Shown: positions 25,196 to 39,921, numbered from the stretch's first letter. The stretch: 64,000 nt of DNA from Octopus vulgaris (GCA_951406725.2 OX597815.1:86490001-86554000); one strand, 5' to 3'. The notes: generated by a model not told the origin, from the letters alone. Numbers and translations: made by a program.

Positions 25196-25749
25196 TTCAT
25201 AACTGCAGCAAATCATCTAACGAGATGTGCTTTAAATATATTCTTAGCGTTGCTAACTATGTTACTGCCAACTGCAATTTCTATTCCTTTACCTTTCAAC
25301 GTCCTTCAGGTAAAAAGCTCTCAAATTCCACACAGGAAACAATTACGCTTTCTGCCTACGTCAGAAGTCTCATATTTTTCCGTCCTTCCTACGACGAGGC
25401 ACAGTTCTAGACTCGCATCCTGGTTTTCGTGACGTCATTAGGATACATATCTTCATACAGACCTCTCTCAACCTCACATAATTTATGCCTACTTAAACGA
25501 TCACTACTTGCCACGAAGTCATGATTGCAACAAAGGCAGAAAACACAGTAGTTTTGATTAATCTGTTGCAACTAAAGAAGTAAAAAATATCCATACAAGT
25601 ATTGTGACAGGTACATTATTTTCTCAAATCCAGGAAGATGGGCTGTAGATTCGTTTTCAACAGAGTTTAAGCACAAAAAGTAAAGAGGTTTACAAAAGGA
25701 GACAAATACCATAGAACATGTTTTCGATAATCTGGTAACTTTAATCTTA

Positions 25750-25766
25750 ATAATAATAATAAAAAC

Positions 25767-25858
<92 letters not shown>

Positions 25859-25883
25859 CAACAACAACAACAGCAACAACAAC

Positions 25884-25939
<56 letters not shown>

Positions 25940-25955
25940 TGATAATAATAATAAT
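25750..25955. repeat. (AAT)n/(AAC)n microsatellite, followed by two very degenerate minus-strand SINEs up to ~26420
   Basis: The microsatellite is directly visible. SINE remnants include CAACTTTGCCTTTCATC and TTTGAAATCAGAACGTAAAG. Confidence 0.85.
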
Positions 25956-26599
25956 GTTCTCTGATTTAGGCACAATGCAGCAAAATGCGATTTGTATATA
26001 CCATCAACATTAGTACTTGACTGCTACTTCATACGACCGTCGTCAACTTTGCCTTTCATCGCCGGAGGTAATTTGAAATCAGAACGTAAAGACTAAGAAC
26101 GAATTCAATAATGCATCCTTTCCAACATTCTATTCTATCAGTTCACGGCTTTAAACAATAATTGTTTCCAATTTAGCAGAACGCTAACAAAACAATAATA
26201 ATGATTTCTTTTAGTTTATTCTAATTTAGATATAAAGCTAGTAAATATGGGAGAGCGAATTAGTCGATGTCATCGTCCATAGTTCTTGACTATTACATTA
26301 TCTCAGGGATCCCAGATGGAAGAAAATCAAGGTGAGTTCTGCGGTATTTCAATTCCGATCGTATATAGCCGGAAGAAAAGCCGCAAATCATTATGTCCAT
26401 CGGTTTAACGATTTTCCTAATCTTACTAATATTGATACGATAATAATAATAATATTAACAACAATGATAACACATAAATAATAAGAAGCAAGAGGAGATA
26501 TAGGCGCAGGGGGAGTAGCAGAAGTATAAGGATAGTGGTGATGGTAGCAGTTATGGCGTTGATGATAGTGAGGAGGAGGAGGAGGGGGATCGTGATGAT

Positions 26600-26990
26600 G
26601 AAATGCGCGAGACTTTCATCAGGAAACAGTTGGTGTCTGGGCTGTTTAAAGAAAATGGGTGTCCAAAGCAGTAAGAAAATATATAGAAATTGAAGACGTA
26701 TCACCACTATGTCTAAAGTGTAAGAACTTGGTTCAGGAACGATACAAATACTTGAGACATTACATAATTGCATCACTTATGCAGGGAACATTGCGCAAGT
26801 ACCTAGAAATGTGGTATGATCATAGAGCAACAGAAGCTCTCGAAAACGACATGGTAAAATTTATGTATTTCTTGAAAATCCAGGCAGACACAGAACGGAA
26901 GCCATCACAAGCGGATAGTTTTATGCTTCAGAATGATACAAAAGCTAGTAAATAATTGGTGTAGTATGCCCAATTTAGATAGGGAGGTCA
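26600..26990 (+). mobile_element. Very decayed RLE-LINE zinc-knuckle/RLE fragment
   Basis: SPLCLKCK..LVQERYKYLRHY.IAS...EMWYDHRATEALEND.VKFM..KIQAD. Confidence 0.6.
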
Positions 26991-27879
26991 GAGAAAAGTA
27001 GGAATTCAAAAGTGTTTCAATGAGCAGGAATATAATGACAATTTCTCATTTAATAGTGATCTTATGACAGGAATATTTCATTAAGCTAGCAAACACACCC
27101 GTCATTTGGACGGTTTAGGTTGCTTTGGTGGTATTTTTTCGCCAAATAATTGGACTACCAAGAAGGTTTATGAGTACCACGGCAATCAATGTTTCCGATT
27201 AACCTAGAACGGAAAATCATATTGAAGGCTGATTTTTGTGGAGGTCGTTGGACTTTAATGGTCATAGAATATATAACTTTACAAGCCATGCAAAGTAGAG
27301 CTACTGACGTGTTTTGGGAGTAGACTACGGATAATGACTACAAAATACAATTTTTCTTTACATGAAAGCAAAATTTCTTGTCAGAGACAGCCACATATAT
27401 GGTGTAATGGAAGTGAATGAAGACGTTGAAACTTCCCCTCTGCGAGTTTATTTTTTTCAACAGCGAAGTGAGCTGTTTTTTCTGAGAGACAAGCTAACAA
27501 AATCCCCTTTATTCTGTCTTCTCACATAGCCTGCGCATAAACTAACAGCGAATGCTGCATGAAGTTAAATTGGTATGGAGTTTTCTTAAAGATACATATA
27601 GCTTTCGCTAGTGGAAGCAAAACTCTTATTTGAAAGTTGATTCTTTGGGACGAACCATATGTGAGTGTTTAAAAAATGTTAGAACGACAAAGCTAAAATG
27701 TATTTGAAACAATGGCCAACAGTCGAAATATCATAATAGATGGGTAAATAATCATCCTTAAAGTGAAACAACGCATTGGTAGGTAAACAAACGTATCAAC
27801 AAACAGAAGAGAGGGAAAGGAACATCACCTTTCAAATAACTCAGGATGGGTAAAGGTAAGCTTGCTAAAGTTTAATGCA

Positions 27880-28520
27880 GTTTAAATATAGATATTAAGA
27901 TTGTTTGATATTGGATATTCATCGCGTAAGGTTCCTAGTCAATTTCATCACCGTGGCAGTTGGACAATCGAAATAATCCTTTTACTTTTATAAAAAATAT
28001 TTAAAAAGTATGGAAAACCCTACATACAAAAAACTATGTCTATTTAGGGCCATTTTCGCTGGAGCTCTGGGGAAAATGTTTAGTGCATAACCATCCTTGG
28101 GACATAAGTAATGTGTCTGTAAAGTTAGGTGAAAATCGGTTGAGAATTGTGGAAATGTATGCGTTTAGTGTTCCTTGTCAATTAAATCACCGTCATTGGT
28201 GGACAGTGGAAATAAATAAATTAACAAAACCCTTTCACCTTTATCAAAAAATAAGAAAATGTATGGAAGATCCTACAGATTATAAAATAGCTGATTAATG
28301 CAAATGAAATGGAATCATCTATTGTTGGTTTCCCATCGCTATAGAGGTCCTAATATCGATTTTTAAAACTCTAAGTAGCTTATGTTCGGGTCTGGGATAT
28401 GAAACAGTTGTGTATAAAATTTTAAAGAAATCGGATGAAAGATGTAGATGTTATTGAGGTATATTATATTTTTGTACACACACACATACACACACAGAAA
28501 ACTTTTCTTTTATAGATATT
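27880..28520 (+). mobile_element. Helentron-associated / DINE-1-like non-autonomous element
   Basis: Internal duplicated module (27950-28025 vs 28190-28278). A repeated GTG..AAA.TT...GAAAATCGG.TGA motif and a 3' CACACA tract followed by CTTTTATAGAT are typical of the HINE/DINE-1 architecture. Confidence 0.45.
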
Positions 28521-28629
28521 TTAAAGCATCTCGGGTATTATGATATGCGCTAAATATTTGAAGACACGAGGCGGAGCTTGATGCCAGAAACATTAGGGTC
28601 GTGCGAATACTCTCTAAAATATAAATAAA

Positions 28630-29292
28630 CCTTTCTACTGTAGCTACAAAATTAAAAACTTGGGGAGAGGGGACTAGACAGTTACATTGACCCCTAATAC
28701 TTTGCTGGTATCTATTTTACCGACCCGAAAGGATTAAAGGAAGAGTCGACCTCGGCTGAATTTGAACTCAATAATTAAAATGGATGAAATACCGCCAAGC
28801 ATTTTGCCTAGCGTGCTAACGATTCTGCCAGCTCACCGACTTAAATAATCATAGTGTAGTAGCAATTGTAATAATAATCCTTTCTGCTAAAGGCACGAAG
28901 CCTGAAATTTTTTTTTGGGGGGATAGTCGATTAATTCTATCTCAGTACTCAACTGATACTTGATTTATCGACCCTGAAAGGATGAAGGGCAAAGCCGACC
29001 TCGGTAGAACTTGAACTCAGAATGTGAAGAGAAACGAAACATCGCAAAACATTTCGCCTGGTGTGCTGACGATTCTGCCAGCTGGCCGCCTTAGTAATAA
29101 TAATGATAGTAATCCTTTCTACTAGAAGCACAAGGCCTCACATTTTGGGGGAAGGGATTATAAAGTCAATTACATCGACCCCAGTACATATTCCGAAAGG
29201 AATACGTACCCAGTACGTATTCCGACCCCAGTACGTATTCCGACCCCAGTACGTATTCCGAAAGGAATAAAGGTTAAGTTGACTCCGGTGGC
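28630..29292 (-). mobile_element. Three tandem Nin-domain SINEs, the last internally rearranged
   Basis: SINE cores at ~28720, ~28970 and ~29170. An 18-bp GACCCCAGTACGTATTCC repeat lies inside the third copy. Confidence 0.85.
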
Positions 29293-29319
29293 ATAATAAT
29301 AATAACAATAGTAATAATC

Positions 29320-30078
29320 ATCGTGACAGATCAATGCCAACAGGTGAAAAATTCCCCGTGAATGAAATGGAGAATTTATCTTTATGATGACAGAAATATA
29401 AAAAATATATCCAGAGTTTAAGTTTTGAAAAAATATAGAAACACTCTCCATTATATGAATACAGATTAATACATAAAGAGAATCAGAATCGAAAGGGTTA
29501 ACACACAAACATCAAACTGAAATAGCACTAAGTTTTGCCCTTATATGTCATACAGTACTCAACATAATATGAAGTGGGTAAAAAGCCCAAAAGACTGCTG
29601 GTTCTCGATGCACGAAGATTCATGCAGAGCCGTATGAAGTATTGCTTTTTGAAGATTCAAAATTTTAAAATGAAAGAGAAGACAAACAAAATTTCGCTCT
29701 TACTGAAGGTGCATGAATCCGAACTCGAATGTACTAAGGAAGTGCACAATAAAATGTGTAATAAATTATTACTGACAATAATCTTTTGAAGCTGTCACGA
29801 CATAAGAGACACAAAGGATGAATTGTATTGTCTTGAATTTATTGTCAAGAAGCAACTGTTTTAAATGATGGCAGGCATATTTGAAAGAAATCAATAAGTT
29901 GTAAGAAATCTATATTATGTAATCAGGGAATGATCTTTCTTAAGACATTTCAACTAATCCCCTATGGAATAAGTACATGTCATTTTCCTCGTAGATATTG
30001 CTATTTCAGTTGCATACAGACATCGATATTACATATACGCTCTAACCTTCAGTGTCCCTTTGTCTGTCTTTCTCTCAC

Positions 30079-30119
<41 letters not shown>

Positions 30120-32290
30120 CTCACACTCTCTCCTACACTTACTCACTCTCACTCACTCACTATTTTCTTTTTCTCTCTCTCTTTCTCTTTTGCTCTCCTT
30201 ATGTTTATGATGATATGGTAATACGTTTACATGATTTATGTTACGAATTTAATTACTAATAAAGAAAAGATCATTCAAAATACGTAGAAACATCTGTGAT
30301 TAGTGATTACATTGGAAATGAATTCAAACAGAAAGATTACAATTTTGAATGAATTTTGAATTACGTTGTAAACACTGGGATTAAATTGTCATTTTGAAGA
30401 GAAATTCAACCAAGAATTTTAATTAAATACACTATAATACTATGAAGAAAGCAGAAAGCTTAAAGAAACTACTGACATATAGTGAGTATTGACATGGTCA
30501 CAATGTCTATAGAAAGGGCCATACTTGAGGGATTTTCATACCCATAGCAAACACGTTCGTAGTATAAACGAAAACGAAATGGTTACAATTGAAAACTAAA
30601 CTCACTGAGAACATATTGGCAGTCAACAGATACGATTTGACAAGAAGATTTGACAAGGTGGTTCAAAATGCCTCTGTAAAAGTACATCCAAAATCTATAT
30701 CAAATTATATAGCACAATGACGAAAGGAACATATTGATACTGTATTTATTAATAGAATATAATTAACTAAGACAGGTGATCATGATTAGAATAACATTAA
30801 TAGCATTCCATACGAACAGACCTGAACAACCATTTCGATTACTTTTGACTAAACCCAATATTGTACTGTCGGTGACTGAGTCTGAAACATACTCAAAAAC
30901 TCACAATATGCGACCCAAATGCCTAACAGTAAAGGATTAAGTTCACGTAGACTCTTGGAAATACTGCAGGTATATACAGTTCACCATTAGGAGCATGCAT
31001 CGGTAACACCGGCAATGTTAATGTGTTTGACAGAAGCTCGGTAGGCTTGAAGAAGGCAGACAATATGTAATCACAATTACACAGTCTTGCACGAATATTC
31101 GGTAGATTGACGGGGTAAATGTTACAAAGACTACATACTGTAAGGTCTTATGAACATAAGTGAGAGAAAGTGAAACTGTAGCATTTATCGCATACACAAG
31201 AACGTATATAAAAAAAAATGGTGGTTCACCACAATATGTTTTACCTTGCTAGTAACTTATATCCTCCTGTCTGAGGCACAGCAAAATAAACATATTTCTT
31301 TCTGATTTTAAAGTCGACTCTATTTACGTATCATAAGAAAAGGGATATAACAGAATGTGAAGTGAATTGCAATCAGAGTGAAATATATTGGAGTCCATTT
31401 AAGTGTAAGTGACTTTTAGGGGAGAGATAACTGTGACAGTGAAACTATTAACCATTTCTTAATGACATTGCCACTAAAATTGAGTGAAATATGGAATGGT
31501 TTTAAACTGAAACTGTAACATCCCCAAATTCGTTTGGCGATGAGATTCATATTATATTTATAACATTTTAAACAAACTGCCTAAATACTGCTCCTATGAA
31601 CTTTCGGTTTGTTCATTGTTCAGGTTAACATCAGTCGTAAATATACATGCATGTCCTTTAGAAATGTGTTTCTCAAAACTTCAGTTCTATATAGATTATC
31701 TGGCCAGTATTTTTGGAACAATTGAGTATTTGATTTTAGTGTCCAATGCTCAAAGTTGAAATGATGTGTGTGTTGGCTCCCACGTTCTGGTTTATATGAT
31801 ATCAGTAACATAAATTTTCTTGTTTTGTGGGTGGTATTTCTACTTCTACAAATGTACTTACGTTACCTAGTGAAAAGGAGATCATAATTCCATGTAAAGA
31901 TGGCTCTCTTTGAGACAATAAGGTGTTGTTTTATTAGTTTATCCAAACTGTCAGTTTCAGATACTTCCTTTACTTACAACAGATTTTCTTTCACAAAATA
32001 TATGAAATTCTAAGAAACGATTTTATTCAGATTTATATCGGTTTCTCATGCTCAGTTGTTTCATTGATCCCTGCAGGAATAAATGTTTAAATCAGCTTTG
32101 ATGAGATCTAAAAGTAAAGATCTGGAATGAAATATCGAATAGATTTCCTTCGGTTTTATCCATTAAAATAAGTGCAATGTTTAGAACAGGTATCGCTTTT
32201 ATTTCTGTCGTTTGTTATCATAATGTTTGAACATCAATGTTTCACATCCACTAAGATTGATTGATCGGATGTAACTACATCATGAATTTA

Positions 32291-32295
<5 letters not shown>
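29320..32295 (+). repeat. Copy B of the old duplicated segment
   Basis: Collinear homology with 10060-13795. Both copies have a CT-rich tract at the same place and end in a (CT)(CA) microsatellite. Confidence 0.85.
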
Positions 32296-32376
<81 letters not shown>

Positions 32377-33419
32377 ACAAAGCAATCGCACACATGCATA
32401 CGTATAAGTACATGCGTGTGAGTGTATGTGTCTACGCGCACGCATGGTTAAGTGTGTGTCCGTGTTAATTCTCTATATAATTAAGTATCCTGAAAACAAC
32501 ACAAATTATATTTTGAGTAATTAATATATATATATATTCTGAGACTTATATTAATATATATATATAATTTCTGAGACTTATATTTCGAATATATTAAATG
32601 ATGAACAAATATTTTGTTTAATGTATTTTTATTAGGTGTGGCTGCGAACATATATAACATATGCAGCAGAGAAGTAAATGGAGTGATTCGAACCTATGAA
32701 TTAGCCCATAAATAAGCTGCCAAGGTTTGTGAAATAAATATAATTCATATTTCCGTATTTGATTATACTAGAATACATTTTTGTTATCGTGAGACGTTAA
32801 TTATTTGTCTTGGTCAATAACACAGTTTTGATAAAATAGATTTATTTCCAGTTCCTTTACTCAAGTTAACTGCTGTTGTCCATATCAATTACATGCTTAG
32901 GATATTCACAAATATATTCTATTTTCCTTCGTTGATATATCCTCTTTACCACTTTCTGTCTCCCTTTCAATATCCGCTCCCTTTTGGTCTTTTCTTCCGT
33001 TTGCAGTAACTGGTGTTTCCAGTTCGAACATCTCCATTACCTGAAGGGTGTAGCTGAAATGTTCGCCTGCAGGTTAAATTTGCATTCACCCCACATGTCA
33101 ATCTTATCCGTACTGATTTCAATTGCAAAATGGAAAAATCTAGATAGCTGCTATTGCTTAATCTGCCCTGATTTATTTATGTGTAAGTGAAATAGAAATT
33201 AATAAACAGTTAACATTGTAAACATATTAAATAATACCCTGTGTAAATGTATTATTATTCCTGGGACGAAGTAAGGTTAGTTTAAGAAAAGAAGCGATAT
33301 AGTCGACTGAATGACTTCACCACATTACAATCTGCCTGTCAGACGTTTCTTTTGATAATCGAAGACATCCCTCAATAGCTGATCTGAGACAGTGATTTAA
33401 AGACGCTAACGGTCGTTCA

Positions 33420-33560
33420 GTCTCTCTTTGGTAAGTGTCTTCCACTATAACTTCGGGCGACCAAAGCCTTGTGAGTGGATTGTGTGTGTGTGTTTTCCCC
33501 TGTCACTGCTTGACAAGCGGTGTTGGTGCATTTACGTCCTGTAACTTAGTGGTGTCCTTA
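33420..33560 (+). mobile_element. SINE fragment (family also at ~18925-19010, minus strand)
   Basis: GGTAAGTGTCTTCCACTATAACTTCGGGCGACCAAAGCCTTGTGAGTGGATT. Confidence 0.65.
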
Positions 33561-33864
33561 CCAGCAATTAATATGTACGTACCAGTTGCTAAGAATGTGT
33601 TTAATACGTAAAATTGAATTATTAAAATTTTACACTGCTAAATGTAGTAGCTATTCAAGCAATGTTTTCATGGATGTTTAATGTGTTCGATGTAACGCTG
33701 AAGAAGAAGCAATAACGCCAGAAATCTGCTTATGCACTCATTACCTGCCTTTCTGTCTTCAATCGCATTGCTTATATAGACGTATTCCTATACAAAACTT
33801 TGTAACTTACAATGCTGGCTCTAATTTCTATAGAAAATACGTAGAGGCAAATTTAAAGGTCATA

Positions 33865-34014
<150 letters not shown>

Positions 34015-34055
34015 TGTGTGTGTGCGTGTGTATGTATGTATGTATGTATGTATGT

Positions 34056-34524
34056 AACCCAGTACAACTTGTTGCATGATCGGGTCGTCGGCGACTAAAC
34101 TGGCAACCCCACCAAGCTTGCTTGGTGAGGAGGGTGTTTATTGGATACCCTCTTGAGAGTCAACGGCCATCCAATAAATGTATTAAGGCTGCATCATGCG
34201 CGGGCACATAGAAATAATACCCGATCGCGCGATTAAACCGTTGGGAGTGAAGGACTCCTAGCCTTTGTTAAGGCATCCTTCTATGAGAAGGTAACTCAGT
34301 TAACTGGGATCACTCCGCCATAAAACCTGCAGCTCAGTGGTTACCGATGATGTTGACTTGTTCTTCTTTTCGGATTATGGCTGCTGTTGCTTAGTGAGTG
34401 AGATTGACTCAGTGCACAGACTTTTCTCACTTTAAAAAAAATCCTCTTGCACAAGCATTGCACGATAACAACATTGATTAAGCTACTTGCAATGGCCATA
34501 CTCGATAACGAGGGGGCAGCCACC

Positions 34525-34525
<1 letters not shown>
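34056..34525 (+). mobile_element. RTE-clade LINE 5' UTR fragment inserted in a microsatellite
   Basis: A GC-richer structured block containing AAGGCATCCTTCTATGAGAAGGTAAC, which resembles the GGCAACC.GTCTAGGAGAAGG motif typical of RTE 5' UTRs. Several hairpins are present (CACCAAGCTTGCTTGGTG; TTTATTGGAT/ATCCAATAAA). Confidence 0.6.
34059..34103 (+). ncRNA. Degenerate HDV-like ribozyme (3' portion)
   Basis: P2 CCAG/CTGG; P3 TAC/GCA (1 mismatch); P1' TGATC; GG; P4 (G)TCG-TCGG-CGA; J4/2 CTAAA. The P1 5' strand is missing. Confidence 0.45.
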
Positions 34526-34623
<98 letters not shown>

Positions 34624-35721
34624 ATGTAAAGCATACATTAATCCTGGAGATATGAAAATTGAAAACAGATATATTTAATTACGTAACTTCCACAGTATTA
34701 CACGCGGCTCGTAAACTTTTGCATGTAATATTAACATCAGTTTGGAAGAAATTATACGTATATGTTTACCTTAATAGGTATGCAGTATATAATATAATCG
34801 TATGTTCACGAATTAATGCAAATATAGAAAGCGAACTCATTAAATCACCATAGCATTATGACTACATCAACGCTTCAAATCTAGATATACACACAAAATT
34901 GTCTCTTTAAATTTAATATGTATGGAAGGCCAGAATTAAAAAAAAATTATATTGATTTGGTTAGTAAAAGGTAACCAACAAAGTGGAGACATACTGTGAT
35001 GCTATTCATTAAAGAAAAACATTTACTTCGCATGTGAACGTCGTTACATCAATTACATTAAAGTGCCAGAGAGAAATTGAAGGAATTTACCATCCTTAAT
35101 TTAAGCAAAATAACAAGAAGCACCAAAAGATTAAGTAAAAAATAAAATTGCTTAAAAATATAACGGAATTTCATAAAAGTATTTACCAATGTAGTTACAC
35201 AGGTGGGGAGACTGGTGTGAGAGCAAATCAGCTGGTATGATGATTTTTTTTTTAATAATGAAAAGCACCACAGTAAATCTTTGTTCTGTTTTTTTTTAAA
35301 TTTTACAGATTAAATCATGTGGTTAAAATCACTTAGTTCAGTACATTTATCTTCACCTGTCTGACCTCCTGAACTTATTCCTTATATACTCCTCACAGAA
35401 TAATTTATCGCTCGGATTTTCTGGATTTTACTTTATACGGACACTTTACATTATATTACTTTGTAATTGATTACTACGTGGATTGGTAACGGAGTCTGTA
35501 TGAAGAGATTACTATGATAACCGCAGTATCCCCTGAATTCATATTTTATACAAAACGTTTAGTTATAATTATATTTTTTGGAACACAATTAAAGAAAATA
35601 ATTGTTTTGTTAAACCAGATTCAAAATAATTTAACAGATTTTAGTGCGTATTTTATATAATTCTTTACACAAAGACATTACTATGTCATAAAAAGTTTCA
35701 AGGTGAACTTGTCTTTAATTC

Positions 35722-35928
35722 TATGAGAGGGTGCTAAAAGTTTCTGGCTTTATGGGTATCGTTTAAGGTCTGGTTGGATGCCCAGCTTTCCGAGTTCTTT
35801 TACAAGGCTTAGGAAAATTGAAGGACCACTGTAATAAGTGTGTGAATTTGAGAGGGGAATTTGTTGAATTAAATCACAATTAACTGATTCTTTTACCAAA
35901 AGACAGAAACTTTTCAGCAACCACTCGT
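35722..35928 (+). mobile_element. Mariner-derived MITE
   Basis: Imperfect TIRs TATGAGAGGGTGCTAAAAGTTTCTGGCTTT / AAAGACAGAAACTTTTCAGCAACCACTCGT. The interior encodes the mariner C-terminus GLGKLKDHCNKCVNLRGEFVE. Confidence 0.85.
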
Positions 35929-36433
35929 TTGTGTATTACCAGTGAGATGGTAAGTTCGACACAACAAACAGTAACCTTTGTGCTTTCGCTCTGCAGGTTT
36001 CCACGTCTTCTCCGCAACCAGTTACAATACTCTTTTAGTGACAAATACAGTGTGTATTACAGTTGAATTGTTCATTTAATTCTCTATATAACCGCTAAAA
36101 TCTGGAAATACACGACATTGCCATTATGCGTAGGTCGTCTTCCTGTTTCGTGAAATTTCTCGTTCCAAATCGAAAGGAAAAAATGAATATGACAAAAATA
36201 AAAGAAATAAACTGCTTCACAAGCTGCGAGTTATTTTGAAATGTTCTCAGTGTGTCGTTCACATTATCCTTCTTCCCATCATCACCATCATCATCACAAC
36301 CACTATTGCCACCAACATCGACACCAGCTCCACTATCAACACCAACACACAAGCATCATCACCACCATCATCAACATAATCGCGATTATCATCATTATCA
36401 ATATCATCTTCACCCTCCTCCTCCTCCTCCTCC

Positions 36434-36465
<32 letters not shown>

Positions 36466-36699
36466 GTCGTCGTCGTCGTCGTCGTCGTCTTTGTTGTTTT
36501 TGTAGTTGTTGCCATTTGTTTATCAGAGTAATGAGAGATCGTAAAAGTTCTGAATAATGTGCATATGTATGACTTTGGGTCATTTTCCTGTCAAATGACA
36601 TCTCAACAATTTGAAGTCTTTCACGTTGTGAAGCAAACTTCAATGTTTCATCTTTGCATACATTCCTTACTGTTGTTTTCCTATGTTTCAAAGTAAACA

Positions 36700-37535
36700 T
36701 ATCTACTCGAAACAACATATCGACAAAATACCTCGAAGAAGCGTGGGAATAAAAGGAGAGCACATTGATCATATGGAGAAGAGTGGAGGTTGACCCTATA
36801 CAACGAAAAGAAGGACAATGTATAGGACATTGTAAACGATACCTCAAAGAAGTAGGAACAGTAACCGATATAAAATTAGGTCTAAGGTACTAGCATACAT
36901 TTTGTCAAGTATAAACATTAACATTATATATGGGACCAATTTAGCCCTCCTACCAGATCAGAACTACCCATGGAGAATTTCTAAGAAAATTAGAACGAAT
37001 AGTTCTCTTAGTATATTGCATGAGAGAAGGTTTCCTGAACCAAAATTATGTACAGCAGACGGAAAAGAGTAAAATTATCTATTCCTAACTGAAAAAATTG
37101 TGATGGTTTCCAGTTATTTAAAAATAGCAATTGGAAGAAGGTATAATGATATTGTGAGAGTAATTCCCTCGATTGTTCAGGTTATGACACGCAGGTCTGT
37201 CTATGTCCTTTTCAGGACCAAAGATGCAACCTAGAAACGGGTAGAAATAGGTAGACACAACTCTGACAATACCTTTGATTAGAATTTAGGTTATGATATA
37301 AAACATACTACCTTGATTTCCTGTCACTTTCGTACCACAATATTGGTAGATGGCCTGTGCAGAAATAATAGGCGACAAGCTTCATGATGAACTTACAAAT
37401 CCTAATATTCACCGATTGGAGTCTGTGCTCAACTGAGAGAACATAAACAAAGGCCACGAGACAATGGTTTAGAGCGAAATATCCAGCCTTTATATCAGTG
37501 GTGATAAAAGCTTGTAAAAATTTGTACATGCACAA
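36700..37535 (+). pseudogene. Very decayed Tc1/mariner (maT/DD37D-like) transposase relic
   Basis: TKDAT*KRV.IG..NSD (cf. TKHPASVMVWAGI.SDG), PLIRI and TKATRQWFRAKYPAFIS (cf. HTAKATQQWL...PDFIS) occur in order. Confidence 0.45.
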
Positions 37536-37540
37536 CATTC

Positions 37541-37700
37541 TAGGGCTGATCAATAAGTATCCGAACTGTATCCATAGTAACGAAGCTAAAGCATGCAGAG
37601 TGAAGCCGCTTAAACTCTGCTGTGCATGCGCACTAAGTTTTAACGCTCTAGCTCACTTCTGATGTTTACAGCAGTGCTTGAAAGGAAGGTGTGTAGCGTG
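37541..37700 (+). mobile_element. Mariner-type terminal fragment
   Basis: Begins AGGGCTGATCAATAAGTATCCGAACT, resembling mariner TIRs (TACGAGGG.TGATCAATAAGT). Confidence 0.5.
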
Positions 37701-39579
37701 TATCATCCAACAGTCTTAAAAAGTGACTATGTAAAAATATTATATACTACTAATTATTCCAGTGGATGCTTGACATTATGCTTTATAACAGAAATGACAA
37801 ATCGTATATATTGTCCCATGGCAATAATAAATTATCATAATCTTGTACTGTGGCGATCGCTGTAGCTTAAAATTACACCGGCATTGCAGTTTAGTTAAAA
37901 CCTTTATGGCAGTTAAAGGCTATATTTATCATATAGTTTGCAATTTCGCCCAGATTATTACATTATTACAGCATTCTCTCAATTTTCTCACAACGTTTAT
38001 TAACTTTGAAAATTTTCATTAACCAGCATAAAAGGAATTTGTCAAAACGTAATATTCTTATTAACCCTGCACATCTTTGTTAAACCTTAATGTTCTATGT
38101 ATCCAGATTTACGATTTCCATTAAGACATTCTCGTTATCTTAAGCGTTTTTGTTAATCTCGAAAACGTTTGTCAACTATGGACATTTTTCTTAAACTTAA
38201 GCACTTCCAAATTGTACATAATTCATATTTCAAGAATGTCAACTTTAATGCAGTTCTCAAATCATACTTAAAAGAATAAGAACAACTATAACCCTGATAA
38301 TATAATAGTTCTACAATGTTCTCATACGGAAACAAGCTGTTTGTTAATGCTGTGACTATATAAGCATTTTTCAAACTAGTATTATTCTGATATAACTATA
38401 TTTCACTCGCTATATATATTTGCTAGGAATAACTGTATCTCTAATTATGAACGTATTAATGACACCTAAAATGCATGAATATCCCCGGGATAGCTTGTAT
38501 GTTTATTGTTTGAAAGTCTAGACAAAATCTCGACATTTGTACGTAGGATGAACGGATAAGGAGGTTGAGGTTAATGAAGAAGATACTAAAAATGACACAT
38601 TAAACCAAATAATGTGTAAAATCAATTATCCAAGTAATGTCTAAAATCAATTATCACCCTCATTTGATATTTGCATTATTAAAGGCTGTAGTATTGAGTG
38701 CCACCGTAAATGTTATCGACGGCCGGATTTCTGTTTCAGAGTAGCATAAGTTTCAATTTTACTTTACTTAAATATAACTTCAGTAATCAGCACAAATGCT
38801 TCAGCCAGGCACTGAATATTTAGGTATTTTTTTAACTTATTAAATTAAGGAAAAACGGATGGGGAACAAATAGTTAATGGATTGAAATTTAATGAAAAAA
38901 CAATTGGACCAATTGTGAATTAAAAGATTTGAACTATAAGATACCAATATAATTTTGTCTTTCTCTCTCCCCCAAGAGAGTCAGACGCCTTTTCCTCCCC
39001 ATATATGTGTATGCATTTGTGCGTGTCTGTCTCTGTATGTGCATGTGTGCGTGGGGGTAATTTTTAAATGAAAACATTTAACATGAACTTCGAAATAGTG
39101 GTTGTATAGCCTTCATTTTGTCGGACAGTAAAATACTTTTGTCTTAAATACTACAATTTTAGGTTCGCCTTGTGAGAGGAACTGTGAAATTATATAGTAA
39201 TTGTGGTGTAATGATGTATTTTGTAGTATGTAAACGAATATGTCAATCGATTGTTTAACTGGGTAGGCGAAGAATTTCTAGGCTGAAGAAATAAATATTG
39301 GAATAAAAGAAATATTGGAAAAAAAGAGACGATAAACGATAATCATAGAGAGAACGCAATCATATATGAGATGGTGATACAAAGAAAGGAATGGTAGAGA
39401 GAGTTTTCTGTGTGGCGGTTAAAGATATGCTGAAATTATATATATAGCTAAAGAAATTATTGATATTTATAAGATATCGTTAGGGATCATTTGAGCTTGG
39501 AAGTAAAAACAGGTGTTGAAAGATTTGTATAGGTGTATAGGTATACATACATACATAAATACATACATATATACATATA

Positions 39580-39921
<342 letters not shown>

